Positions 7,455 to 16,436 are shown, counted from the stretch's first letter. The stretch: 32,000 nucleotides of DNA from Eikenella longinqua (GCF_001648355.1 NZ_LXSL01000017.1:1-32000), one strand, 5' to 3'. Made by a program: numbers and translations. The notes: generated from the sequence alone by a model not told the origin.

Positions 7455-7772
7455 ATGCCTGATATTACTTTACCTCGTGATTGGGTATGCAACGGTAGGG
7501 AGTTGAAACCAAGAAGTGGCGGTACATCTAGAGAAACTTGGATTTTCGATGGCAGGGAAATCAAACCCAAAATCGGTGGAACATCAAGGGATACCTGGCT
7601 TTTTGATGGTCGGGAGCTAAAACCCAAAATCGGCGGTACTTCCCGTGATGTATGGGTAATTGATCGAGATAAATTAAAACCCAAAATTGGCGGCAGCAGC
7701 AAAGATACCTATGATCTAAATGGCGAGCCAATTCTGGTGGCATTTGCCCAATTGATTTTGAAGCTGTGGTGA
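7455..7772 (+). CDS. Small 105-aa protein made of four tandem 19-aa repeats (consensus GRELKPKIGGTSRDTWxFD) plus a hydrophobic tail
   Basis: Lies within ORF 7344..7772. The ATG at 7455 is preceded by AAGGAG (7444-7449). The repeats are seen directly in the translation. I vaguely recall a RefSeq name '4-fold beta flower protein' for small four-repeat proteins; this is unverified. Confidence 0.75.
   Translation: MPDITLPRDWVCNGRELKPRSGGTSRETWIFDGREIKPKIGGTSRDTWLFDGRELKPKIGGTSRDVWVIDRDKLKPKIGGSSKDTYDLNGEPILVAFAQLILKLW
7494..7721 (+). repeat. Four tandem 57-bp coding repeats (7494-7550, 7551-7607, 7608-7664, 7665-7721)
   Basis: The repeat units are conserved at the protein level but use different synonymous codons. 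For GGTSR they read ggc ggt aca tct aga, then ggt gga aca tca agg, then ggc ggt act tcc cgt. Confidence 0.85.
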
Positions 7773-7882
7773 CCCTTTGAAACGATAGTGGCTTGACACT
7801 CTTTCGATATAAGGAGAGCAAGCTGCCTGCAGTACAAGTAATGCGGCAAAATACAGCAACAGAGAAAGTTACGTTACGATAA

Positions 7883-7920
7883 AAGCCGAATCCCATTGGA
7901 ACAGGATTCGGCTTTATTTA
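7883..7920. terminator. Bidirectional rho-independent terminator between the convergent repeat-protein and ompA-family genes
   Basis: A perfect 11-bp stem AAGCCGAATCC (7883-7893) / GGATTCGGCTT (7904-7914) with a 10-nt loop. It is followed by TTTATTTA on the plus strand and flanked by AAAA on the other side. Confidence 0.65.
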
Positions 7921-7942
7921 TGCAACATCATTATGCGGCCAG

Positions 7943-7954
7943 AGGCTACCTGAA
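7943..7954 (+). repeat. Single DUS (AGGCTACCTGAA, exact); first DUS after a 3.2-kb DUS-free stretch
   Basis: Exact 12-mer read in the sequence. Confidence 0.8.
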
Positions 7955-7995
7955 ACATGGCAGCCGCTTAAACTATGCCTTGTATTAGCAGCCGC

Positions 7996-8523
7996 CTATT
8001 GCTGCGCCGTGCCGGTAATCTCCACGGTAACGCGGCGGTCGGGCTGCAGGCAGGCTTTGAGCGCGGCGGTGGCGCGGGTGCCGTGGCAATCGGTGGTCAC
8101 GGGCTGGCTTTCGCCGGCGCTGGCCACGCTGATGGGGTCTTGCACGCCTTTGCTTTGCAGATAGGCTTTCACGGTTTCGGCGCGACGCAGGCCGAGGTTG
8201 TGATTGTATTGCTCGCTGCCCAGGCGGTCGGTGTGGCCGACGAGGGCGATGCTGTCGATCTGGGCTTGGCGGCTGACGAGGTTGGCGGCCAGCTGGTCGA
8301 GCGTGGCGCGGCCTTCGGGCAGCAGGTCGCCGACGGCGGATTTGTTGAAGCGGAACAGGGCGTCGGCAGAGAGGTTGATGCGCTCTACCTGCGGCTGCGG
8401 TGCGGGCTGGGCAACGGGCGCTTCTTCGGCACACCAGCGGTGGTGCACGTCGCGGGCGAGGGCGGAGCTGGCGAGGCCGGCGATGAGGCTGCCCAGCAGG
8501 AGGGTTTTTGCAATTGGGTTCAT
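7996..8523 (-). CDS. OmpA-family peptidoglycan-binding protein (RmpM-like C-terminal domain) with a signal peptide
   Basis: ORF track, 175 aa. Signal peptide: MNPIAKTLLLGSLIAGLASSALA. OmpA_C-like motifs: FRFNKSAV, LVGHTDRLGSEQYNHNLGLRRAETVKAYL and CLQPDRRVTVEI. Confidence 0.9.
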   Translation of the reverse strand: MNPIAKTLLLGSLIAGLASSALARDVHHRWCAEEAPVAQPAPQPQVERINLSADALFRFNKSAVGDLLPEGRATLDQLAANLVSRQAQIDSIALVGHTDRLGSEQYNHNLGLRRAETVKAYLQSKGVQDPISVASAGESQPVTTDCHGTRATAALKACLQPDRRVTVEITGTAQQ

Positions 8524-8537
8524 CTGTTTTCCTTTTG

Positions 8538-8577
8538 AAGCTACCTGAAAACTGCCATGCGGTTTTTCAGGTAGCCT
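8538..8577. terminator. Inverted DUS pair (AAGCTACCTGAA with one mismatch / TTCAGGTAGCCT) downstream of the autotransporter gene
   Basis: Read in the sequence, 18 nt past the autotransporter stop (8595). Inverted DUS pairs serving as terminator hairpins are established for Neisseria; extending that to this organism is inference. Confidence 0.6.
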
Positions 8578-8594
8578 TTTGATGGGTTGAACGG

Positions 8595-11500
8595 TTATTT
8601 CCAGGTGTACTTGAAGCCGACGCTGCCGCGGTAGCCTTGGCGGCTGGCGCTGCCGAAGTTGTGCTGGTAGCGGGCGTCGCCGTACAGGTAGGCGTTGTTG
8701 GACACGGGCAGCTGGCCGCCGATGCCGACTTCGCCCCAGGTGGCGTTGCGTTTTTCGCGCACGTTGTCTTCACCGATGTCCACGCCGTGCGGGTTGATGA
8801 AGTCGTGCCACACGTTGGCCACGGCGTAGAAGGTGTTGGTGCGCAGGTTTCTGCTGGGGCCGTTGTAGGCAAGGCGTGCGCCGAGGCGGCCGCGTAGGCT
8901 GTGCTGTTTATCCTGGCTCACTTGGCGGATGCCGTCGTTGAAGTCTTTCAGGCCAACGTATTGGTACACCAGCTGCGCCTGCGGCTCGATTAGCCAGCCG
9001 CCTTGGTTTTCGGCACGGCTACCGAGGGCGAAGGGGCGGCCGACTTCGGCAGAAAGGGCGGCTGCCCAGCCGTTTTGTTTCACGCTGGCGCTGTCGCGGC
9101 CTTGGTATTTGTTGCGCAACCAGCTCAGCTGGCCCACCAAGTCAAGATAGCTGCCGTTGGCGGCATAGTTGGTGTTGCTCAGGCCGAGGCTGACGGCGTC
9201 GGTGGTGCCTTTGCCGCTGTAGTGGTCGGCGCTCAGCACACCGTTGACGGCGCGGTAGCGGTCGTAGAAGTCGGTGTCGGCACGGCTGTAGGCCAGGTAG
9301 CCGCCAGTGAGGCGGTGGCCGCCTTTGTCGTTGCGGCTAACGGCGAAGTCGTGGCCGATTTGGAAACCGCCCATTTTGGTTTCGAAGTTGAGGCGCTCTT
9401 TGCCGTCGCTCTCCAGGCGGCTGCCCAGGATGCGGGTCCAGGTTTGGCCTTTGGCCTGCTCGCCGCAGCGGCCGCAGTCGTCCCAAGCGAGGGTTTGGTT
9501 CTCGCCGCGACGCTCATGCAGGGTGCCGAGGGTGTGGTGGCCGATTTCCTGGTTTACCTGCGGCATCAGCACATCGCCGGCCACGGCGGGGGCATAGATG
9601 TATGCCGAGGGGTTGGGGGCGTTAGGGTCGGCAAACAGCGTCCAGGCATACACGTTTTTGCCGCCGGCAGTGCTCTTCAACACCAACTGGGCTTGTCCGG
9701 CATTAGTAGTATTAGCGGTGCCGGTGAAGATGGCATTGTCGTCGGGCTGGCCTTCTTGCTGGGCGGGTGCGTTGGGCTGCGGCTGTTCAACCGTAACCAC
9801 ATCAGACGAGAACTGCTGGGCCCGGCTGCGGACAATGTTGCCGATGATGCCGTTGGGTGTGCTGACGGTGGTGGTGCCGGTGGCCGTGCCTTTGATGATC
9901 AGGTGGTCGGAATCCTGGTCGCTGGCACTGTTCCACAGGGTGTTCACCACCAATTGGCCATTATTGCCGGCGTAGTTGCCGTTTACCGTGATGGTTTTGT
10001 AGTTGCCTGCTGCGGCAGTGGCGGGGGCAACGAAGGCAACCGTGCCGGCGTTATCCAAGTTGGTTACGGTGGAGTTGCCGGTGTTGTTCCAGGTGGTGCC
10101 GTTGTCGAGCTCCACGGCAGACGTGCCTGCCGCCAGCGACATCGCGCCGTTCAGGGTTGCGCCGTTGGTTACCGTCAGCGAGTTGGTGCCGGATACGGAG
10201 TTGAACACGTTGGTGCTGCCGGTTACGGTGCCGCCGTTGATATTGATGGAGTTGCTGCCGCCATTGGCTTGCAGGGCGTTGCCATTCACTTTCACGGTGG
10301 CGTTGTTCAGCACGGCTTTGCCGCCGTTGAGCGTTTGCACGCCGGTGCTGCCGGCACCGTTCAGGTTGAGGCTACCTGAAAATTCTACGGTGGCACCGTT
10401 CTGCGCGGTGTAGCCGGTTGTGCCGGCCGCGCCGGTGGTGGTGTTCAGGGCGGAAAGCAATTTGGTGGTGTTCACGGGGCTGCTGCCGGCCACCAATTGG
10501 TTGTTCAAACCGTAGCTTCTGCCGTCGGCTTTACCGATGGTGACGCCGGTGGCGCTGTCGGCTACGGTGGCCGTGCCTGACAGGCTGCTTTCCGCACCGC
10601 CGGACACCAAGGCGACGGTTGAGCCGTTACCGGTCAGATTGAAGGTGCCGTTGTTTACCGTGATATTGGAGGTTTTGCTGGCAGCGGTATCCCGGCCGTT
10701 GCTGGCCAAAATAACGGCGTCTTTGCCGGAAGCGGTAACGTTCAGGCTGGCAGCATTAATCGAGCCGCCTTCATCCGCACGGAACAGGGTGGAGTTTTCG
10801 GTGGTGATGTCGGTGCTATTGGTTAAGGCTGCCACAGTGGCCGAAGCAGAGCCGCCGTTCACATGGTAGGCAATCTGGTTTTTTGCGCCGGCAGAGTTGT
10901 CGAACACGGTTTGCGTACCCGCATTCACGGCCATGACCGAATTGCCGCGTGCGTGCGCACCAATTACGTTGTCGCCTTTCAGCGTCAGCGTGCCGTCGGT
11001 CACCACTTCGGCTTTACCTGTGCCGCGACCATCGGCATAAATGCCGTAGTTGCGGGTAACTTGGTTGGCAGAAGCTTCTTCCACCGTGATTTTGCTGCTG
11101 GCGGTGTTGGTGATTTTGGCTGTGCGCCCCGCTTCGGCCACCACATTTTCGCCCACGGCATTGGTGCCGGTTACGTTAATTGCGCCGGCATTGGTGATTT
11201 TGGCCGCATCGGAGTTTTGCGCCTGGATGCCAACGTTCTGTTTCGGCTGACCACTGGCTACTGTAGCGTTACCTGACACGTTGATCACGCTGTCCGCACC
11301 CAAATTTACCGTGGTCGAGGCGTTGCCGTTGCTCACCCTAACAGCAGTTGCACCTTGGGTTTCCTTGCCGATGGTAATGATGCCGTTGTGGTTGACTTGG
11401 GCAGCATTTCCAATCACATTGATGCCTGTTTCTGCCGAGGTGTTGGCAATCAATGTAGTAGTAGCAGTTTTACTGTACTGTGCGGTTCGCCCGATATAAA

Positions 11501-13082
11501 TTTCACTACCCTTTTCTCCGATGAATGTGCCATTAGTGCCAGCATATACCCCATCTACACTACTACTTGGCGCATTATTGACACCAACATTAATAACCCC
11601 TCCAGTTTTATTAGCAATAACAGCATGATCCTTAACGATAATGCCATAATTAGGATGGGTATAATTAGGAAAAGTGTATCCTGCCACATTAATAATGCCA
11701 GAGTTCTCAAATTTTCCTGAGTCCTTGGCAATAACGGTATCTGCTTCAGAATAATATGCATTTCCACCAGGCGTGCTGCCACGGGTATCATATTCCTCAC
11801 CTGCATAATAACCTCCTGATATAACACCATAATTTTCTGCAACACTGCCTGCCCCACGTACCGTAACACTATTAAAGTGCCCTGATAATGAAGCACCTTC
11901 CTCCACCACCGCTTTACCACCATTCTCAGCCAGCATCCCTCCTCCATTTGATTCGAAATTTCCTGAACCAAAACTTACACGATGCTCTAAGATGGCACCA
12001 TTTTTTAAGGTAGCAGTCGAGCCTGTTCCCGTAGCAGCCATAATCCACCGTTCAGGTGTTGGTTTTAAAGAATCCGGGTGGTTGGTTCCCGTATTATTTT
12101 TAGTGAGAATAACCTTTTCCGTAGTAGTTGCCTCGTTATACCGACGGTTGTAGGCTGCTTGTTGTGTTTCCCCATCATTGGCAAATCCCGGTTGGCCGAC
12201 AGCCGCTTTTAAAGCCTCATTAAAAGCCTGCAAATCAGCAATGCTATTGATGTTATAGCTGGTTCCCAGCAAATTTACCGTTTTAGGAGCCAGCACCCAG
12301 AACGTACGGGAGGTACTTGTTTCCCCAATGAGCATTCCTTCAAAATTAATACGATTTTTAGAAACCCATGCTACGGCACCACCATTTTCTGCCTGAACCA
12401 TACGGGTTTGTTTTGCAGGAAGCTGACTTGGCGGAGTATTGACATTTTTTGAGGGCGCTTGCGTGCTGTCACCCAAGTTGGCAATCAGCATGCTGCCATT
12501 ACCATTGGCTGTACCCAAACGCATATTGACATAAGCATCATTTCCGGTCGGAACAGAAATGGTTGTATCGCCAACCGTTTGCCCTTGGATATTGTTATAA
12601 ACATTGACCGTCTGATGACTGCCGCTAGCTGGGTCTATTACCGTAACTGTTGTACCTTGTTGGTTGGAAATAATCCGTTCGCGTGCCAAATCATTTGCTA
12701 TCCCTGGATCGCTAAAAATATCCTTCGCTGCTTTTGAAATAGTGGATGGACTGTTAGTAGTCAATTGATTGTTCAGGGAGGCAGCGGTTAATGTAACCGT
12801 ATCGCCGCCGGTAACCAGCACCTGTCCCCTGTTATCATCGTTGGTGGAAACTGTATATATCCCCATATCGCAGCTGCCGCCGCTGGCCACGGTACTGCCG
12901 TTGCCGCAAGTAGAAGCCGTCGCCGGCAGGGCGGATACGCCGATGCCCACCACGGCAACAAAAGCCAGCAGTTTGGCAGCCGAGGGGCCGGAAGATTTCT
13001 TCCGGCTGGCGCGTTCCAGTTCCGAGCAAACCACCCAAGTGCTTTGTTCTTCAGAATAAACGATGTTATAAATTTTGTTCAT
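8595..13082 (-). CDS. Type Va (classical) autotransporter, 1495 aa: extended signal peptide, beta-helical passenger, C-terminal beta-barrel
   Basis: The N-terminus MNKIYNIVYSEEQSTWVVCSELERASRKK matches the ESPR motif (MNKIY...W.VSEL). The passenger is long and G/T/N/A-rich with repeats. The C-terminal ~280 aa are barrel-like, with alternating aromatic/hydrophobic residues, ending ...YRGSVGFKYTWK. Confidence 0.9.
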   Translation of the reverse strand: MNKIYNIVYSEEQSTWVVCSELERASRKKSSGPSAAKLLAFVAVVGIGVSALPATASTCGNGSTVASGGSCDMGIYTVSTNDDNRGQVLVTGGDTVTLTAASLNNQLTTNSPSTISKAAKDIFSDPGIANDLARERIISNQQGTTVTVIDPASGSHQTVNVYNNIQGQTVGDTTISVPTGNDAYVNMRLGTANGNGSMLIANLGDSTQAPSKNVNTPPSQLPAKQTRMVQAENGGAVAWVSKNRINFEGMLIGETSTSRTFWVLAPKTVNLLGTSYNINSIADLQAFNEALKAAVGQPGFANDGETQQAAYNRRYNEATTTEKVILTKNNTGTNHPDSLKPTPERWIMAATGTGSTATLKNGAILEHRVSFGSGNFESNGGGMLAENGGKAVVEEGASLSGHFNSVTVRGAGSVAENYGVISGGYYAGEEYDTRGSTPGGNAYYSEADTVIAKDSGKFENSGIINVAGYTFPNYTHPNYGIIVKDHAVIANKTGGVINVGVNNAPSSSVDGVYAGTNGTFIGEKGSEIYIGRTAQYSKTATTTLIANTSAETGINVIGNAAQVNHNGIITIGKETQGATAVRVSNGNASTTVNLGADSVINVSGNATVASGQPKQNVGIQAQNSDAAKITNAGAINVTGTNAVGENVVAEAGRTAKITNTASSKITVEEASANQVTRNYGIYADGRGTGKAEVVTDGTLTLKGDNVIGAHARGNSVMAVNAGTQTVFDNSAGAKNQIAYHVNGGSASATVAALTNSTDITTENSTLFRADEGGSINAASLNVTASGKDAVILASNGRDTAASKTSNITVNNGTFNLTGNGSTVALVSGGAESSLSGTATVADSATGVTIGKADGRSYGLNNQLVAGSSPVNTTKLLSALNTTTGAAGTTGYTAQNGATVEFSGSLNLNGAGSTGVQTLNGGKAVLNNATVKVNGNALQANGGSNSININGGTVTGSTNVFNSVSGTNSLTVTNGATLNGAMSLAAGTSAVELDNGTTWNNTGNSTVTNLDNAGTVAFVAPATAAAGNYKTITVNGNYAGNNGQLVVNTLWNSASDQDSDHLIIKGTATGTTTVSTPNGIIGNIVRSRAQQFSSDVVTVEQPQPNAPAQQEGQPDDNAIFTGTANTTNAGQAQLVLKSTAGGKNVYAWTLFADPNAPNPSAYIYAPAVAGDVLMPQVNQEIGHHTLGTLHERRGENQTLAWDDCGRCGEQAKGQTWTRILGSRLESDGKERLNFETKMGGFQIGHDFAVSRNDKGGHRLTGGYLAYSRADTDFYDRYRAVNGVLSADHYSGKGTTDAVSLGLSNTNYAANGSYLDLVGQLSWLRNKYQGRDSASVKQNGWAAALSAEVGRPFALGSRAENQGGWLIEPQAQLVYQYVGLKDFNDGIRQVSQDKQHSLRGRLGARLAYNGPSRNLRTNTFYAVANVWHDFINPHGVDIGEDNVREKRNATWGEVGIGGQLPVSNNAYLYGDARYQHNFGSASRQGYRGSVGFKYTWK

Positions 13083-13313
13083 TAGATTAATCCCTTGAAG
13101 TGAGAAACAAATCTCCGGCGCATTTAAAACCAGGCTTCAAATGCCGTTCCGCAAAATCGAAAAACAATGCAGCTTAACATAACCATACGGCACGCTTGCG
13201 GACTTCTGTAAAGAAAAACTGGAAATGATGGGGAAAAGATACAACGCAGCAACACGTCATCTCTTTGTATACATTACTCTAATTTCAATCATATTGACGC
13301 CCGCACCTCCTTG

Positions 13314-13325
13314 AGGCTACCTGAA
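13314..13325 (+). repeat. Single DUS (exact) in the divergent autotransporter/coaBC intergenic region
   Basis: Exact 12-mer read in the sequence. Confidence 0.8.
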
Positions 13326-13400
13326 AAGGCATAGCAGATTGACTCAACTTGCAGCAGCATTACTGCCCCTTGCCACATCGTTCCCATCAAGCTTTATATT

Positions 13401-13437
13401 TTCAGGTAGCCTGCCCCACCCCGTAAGGCTACCTGAA
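13401..13437. repeat. Tail-to-tail DUS pair (TTCAGGTAGCCT ... AGGCTACCTGAA)
   Basis: Both 12-mers are exact (13401-13412 and 13426-13437). Confidence 0.8.
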
Positions 13438-13524
13438 AAGCCCGAATTCCTGCGCAGCCAAAACCACCCCTTCCCTGTGTTACCATACCGCCCGTTTCCC
13501 TCGCTCAAGCAAGAACTCCACACC

Positions 13525-14718
13525 ATGTCCAAACCGCCCAAACACATCCTGCTCGGCATCAGCGGCGGCATTGCCGCCTACAAATCCTGCGAACTGGTGC
13601 GCCTGCTGCGCAAGCAGGGGCACAGCGTGAGCGTGGCCATGAGCCGCGCCGCCGCCGAATTCGTCGCCCCGCAAACCTTCCAAGCCCTAAGCGGGCAGAG
13701 CGTGTGGACCGACCATTCCGCCGCTGCCGGCAACGGCATGGCGCACATCAACCTCAGCCGCGAGGCCGACGTTTTCCTCATTGCCCCCGCCAGCGCCAAC
13801 ACCCTGGCCAAAATCGCCCACGGCCTGGCCGACAACCTGCTCACCACCCTCGCCGCCGCCCGCGCCTGCCCGCTGGCCGTGGCGCCTGCCATGAACGTGG
13901 AAATGTGGCGCAACCCCGCCAACCTGCGCAACATCGCCCAGCTCCAGGCCGACGGCATTACCGTGTTCGGCCCCGCCAGCGGCAGCCAGGCCTGCGGCGA
14001 AACCGGCCAAGGCCGCATGCTCGAAGCCGCCGAGCTGGCCGAGCTGCTGCCCGATTTGTGGACGCCCAAGCTGCTTGCCGGCAAACGCGTGCTGCTCACC
14101 GCCGGCGCCACCTTCGAAGCCATCGATCCCGTGCGCGGCATCACCAACCTTTCCAGCGGCCGCATGGGCGTGGCGCTGGCGCAGGCCTGCCGCGCCGCCG
14201 GGGCGGAAGTGGTGCTGGTGGCAGGGCAGCTTCAGGTAGCCCCGCCCGCCGGGGTGGCCGTGCATCATGCTCACAGCGCGCAAGCCATGCACGACGCCGT
14301 GATGCGAGAAGCGTGCGCCTGCGACATCTTCATCGGCGTAGCCGCCGTGGCCGACTACCGCGTGGCCAACCGCAGCGCCGAGAAGCTGAAAAAAGACGGC
14401 AGCGGCACACCGCCGACAATCGAGCTGGCCGAAAACCCCGACATCCTCGCCGCCGTGGCGCACCTACCCGATGCGCCTTTCTGCGTAGGTTTTGCCGCCG
14501 AAAGCCACCATGTGCTGGAGCACGCCCGCGCCAAACGCCTGCGCAAAGGCGTGCCGCTGATTGTGGCCAACTCGGTGGCCGACGCCATGGGCAGCGCCAG
14601 CAATCAGGTCACGCTCATCAGCGGCTCGGGCGAAACCGCGCTGCCGGAAATGGGCAAGCGCGACACCGCCGACGCCATCGTAGCCGAAATCGCCCGCCTG
14701 CTCGGCCAGGCCGGCTGA
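13525..14718 (+). CDS. coaBC: Bifunctional phosphopantothenoylcysteine decarboxylase / phosphopantothenate-cysteine ligase
   Basis: Lies within ORF 13339..14718, with an in-frame ATG at 13525 (MSKPPKHILLGISGGIAAYKSCELVRLLRKQGH...). The N-terminal flavoprotein domain and C-terminal CoaB domain are recognisable. At 397 aa, the length fits Dfp/CoaBC. Confidence 0.93.
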   Translation: MSKPPKHILLGISGGIAAYKSCELVRLLRKQGHSVSVAMSRAAAEFVAPQTFQALSGQSVWTDHSAAAGNGMAHINLSREADVFLIAPASANTLAKIAHGLADNLLTTLAAARACPLAVAPAMNVEMWRNPANLRNIAQLQADGITVFGPASGSQACGETGQGRMLEAAELAELLPDLWTPKLLAGKRVLLTAGATFEAIDPVRGITNLSSGRMGVALAQACRAAGAEVVLVAGQLQVAPPAGVAVHHAHSAQAMHDAVMREACACDIFIGVAAVADYRVANRSAEKLKKDGSGTPPTIELAENPDILAAVAHLPDAPFCVGFAAESHHVLEHARAKRLRKGVPLIVANSVADAMGSASNQVTLISGSGETALPEMGKRDTADAIVAEIARLLGQAG

Positions 14719-14748
14719 ACGCTTGCCCCGCGCCGAACCGTCAAATTT

Positions 14749-14786
14749 TTCAGGTAGCCTCCCGCCGCACGGGAAGGCTACCTGAA
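14749..14786. repeat. Tail-to-tail DUS pair downstream of coaBC
   Basis: Exact 12-mers at 14749-14760 (reverse) and 14775-14786 (forward). Confidence 0.8.
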
Positions 14787-14875
14787 AACCATTCTTGCTA
14801 CGTCAAACTCATTTTTACCGCATTGCAGCCCATGCTTTCAGACAGCCTGCTTGCAAAATAAGGAAGCAAAGATTA

Positions 14876-14914
14876 AGGCTACCTGAAAAGTGATTTCCGC
14901 TTTTCAGGTAGCCT
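14876..14914. terminator. Inverted DUS pair hairpin between the convergent coaBC and cls genes
   Basis: AGGCTACCTGAA (14876-14887) and TTCAGGTAGCCT (14903-14914), 19 nt past the cls stop. Confidence 0.65.
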
Positions 14915-14932
14915 TTATTCAACAGTTTGCCG

Positions 14933-16390
14933 CTATAGCAGCGGGCTGGCCAGCCGCACGCAGCGTTCGGCGAAGCGGCGTATCCTCGGGCGCTGCTGCC
15001 ATTTCTTCAGCTCCACCTCTTCGCAGTTTTTCAGGTAGCCTTCCAGCAGCGCGGCCACAGCGGCCACGCTTTCGGGCGAATACAGCGCCAGGCTCACTTC
15101 CAAATTGAGATAAAAGCTGCGCATATCCATGTTTACCGTGCCAAACAGCGCAAAGCGCCCGTCCACCACCACCGCCTTGGTGTGCAGCAGGCCGCCGCCA
15201 TACATTTTCAGCTTCACCCCCGCATCCAAGAGCGGCTGGTAATACGCGCTGCTGGCATAGCGCACCAGGCGCGAATCGTTGCGCCGCGGCAAAATCAGCA
15301 CCACTTCCACGCCGCGCTGCGCGGTCATGGTGAGTGTGTTGAGCAGGGCTTCGTCGGGCACAAAATAGGGCGTGCTGATCACCACCCGCTCCTGCGCCAC
15401 GTTCAGCGCATTGAGCAGCACGTCGTACACCAGCGCCGTGTCGCCGCCGGGGTGCGAGGGCACCACTTGCAGCGTTTCGCGCCCGCTGTCGGCGCCGCGT
15501 TCGGGCACGCCGTCGAGATAGCCGCTCAGGTATTCCAGCGTGGCGTTGAGGTTGTGCGCGTTTTCCACCGCCCAATCGCCGTAGAATACCGCCGCCAATT
15601 CCTGCGCCGCCACGCCTTCGCAGCGCAGCACCGCGTCCACCCATTCGCCCACGCCCGCGCCCTGCTTAAACAATTTGGGGTCCACCAGGTTGTAGCTGCC
15701 GGTGTAGGCGATGCGGTAGTCCACCACCAGGATTTTGCGGTGGTTGCGCAAATCGGCGCGCACCCACAGCGAGCTGATTAAGCCGAACGGCAGCGCGGGA
15801 GTGACTTCCACGCCGGCCTCGCGCAACCTGTCCGGCCAATCCGACAGCCAAAAACCCTGGCTGCCCAGCGAATCAGCCAGCAGCTGGCAGCGCACGCCGC
15901 GATCGGCCGCGCGCATCAGCGCCTCCAGCACGGCCTCCACCCGCCCGCTGCCTTCCACAATGTAAAACTCCAGCAGGCAGCAATGCTGCGCCGCTTCAAT
16001 ATCCGCAGTGAAGGCCTGCAAAATCGAATCGGTGTCGGCCAACAGGCGTGCGCTGTTGCCGCCGGTGGGCGCGAAGCCCGACTTGCCGCGCACGAAACGC
16101 GCGAGCTGGCGGAAGCGCATATCGGGCACCGGCGCGGCTTCGGGCGGCAGGAAGCGGTCGGCAAACTCGTCATGGAAGGCTTGCAGCTCGACCTGCCGCG
16201 CCACCCGCGCACGCCCCAGCTTGGATTCGCCGATGAGCAGGTAGGCGCCCACGCCCACGAAGGGGAAGGCAAACAGGAGCGTGAGCCAGGCCAACGCCGC
16301 GCCGCTCGAACGGCGCGAATAAATCACGCGCAGGGCGATGGCCAGCGTGAGCAAAAAGTGGGCGGTGAGGAAAATGTTCGACCAACTCAT
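14933..16390 (-). CDS. cls: Cardiolipin synthase (phospholipase D superfamily)
   Basis: ORF track, 485 aa. Two N-terminal TM helices and two HKD motifs (NHRKILVVD and LHTKAVVVDG). Confidence 0.93.
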   Translation of the reverse strand: MSWSNIFLTAHFLLTLAIALRVIYSRRSSGAALAWLTLLFAFPFVGVGAYLLIGESKLGRARVARQVELQAFHDEFADRFLPPEAAPVPDMRFRQLARFVRGKSGFAPTGGNSARLLADTDSILQAFTADIEAAQHCCLLEFYIVEGSGRVEAVLEALMRAADRGVRCQLLADSLGSQGFWLSDWPDRLREAGVEVTPALPFGLISSLWVRADLRNHRKILVVDYRIAYTGSYNLVDPKLFKQGAGVGEWVDAVLRCEGVAAQELAAVFYGDWAVENAHNLNATLEYLSGYLDGVPERGADSGRETLQVVPSHPGGDTALVYDVLLNALNVAQERVVISTPYFVPDEALLNTLTMTAQRGVEVVLILPRRNDSRLVRYASSAYYQPLLDAGVKLKMYGGGLLHTKAVVVDGRFALFGTVNMDMRSFYLNLEVSLALYSPESVAAVAALLEGYLKNCEEVELKKWQQRPRIRRFAERCVRLASPLL

Positions 16391-16424
16391 AAGCGTGTTA
16401 TCCGGTTAGGCAGGCGGCCGCTTG

Positions 16425-16436
16425 AGGCTACCTGAA
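16425..16436 (+). repeat. Single DUS (exact) upstream of cls
   Basis: Exact 12-mer read in the sequence. Confidence 0.8.

Noticed and set aside
7169-7702. 177-aa minus-strand ORF with its own repeats (PPILGF...)
   Set aside because: It is the mirror image of the four 57-bp repeats. The plus-strand frame has a strong RBS, an ATG and a terminator, while the minus-strand frame has none.
9003-10379. 458-aa plus-strand ORF inside the autotransporter locus, along with other plus-strand ORFs from 8637 to 13059
   Set aside because: These are antisense to a well-supported 1495-aa autotransporter ORF. They have low-complexity A/G/V composition, no start context and no motifs.
13704-14861. 385-aa Arg/Pro-rich ORF, plus minus-strand ORFs 13578..14165 and 13687..14463
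   Set aside because: These are alternative frames of coaBC with extreme R/P/A/G composition, typical of off-frame translation of GC-rich coding DNA.
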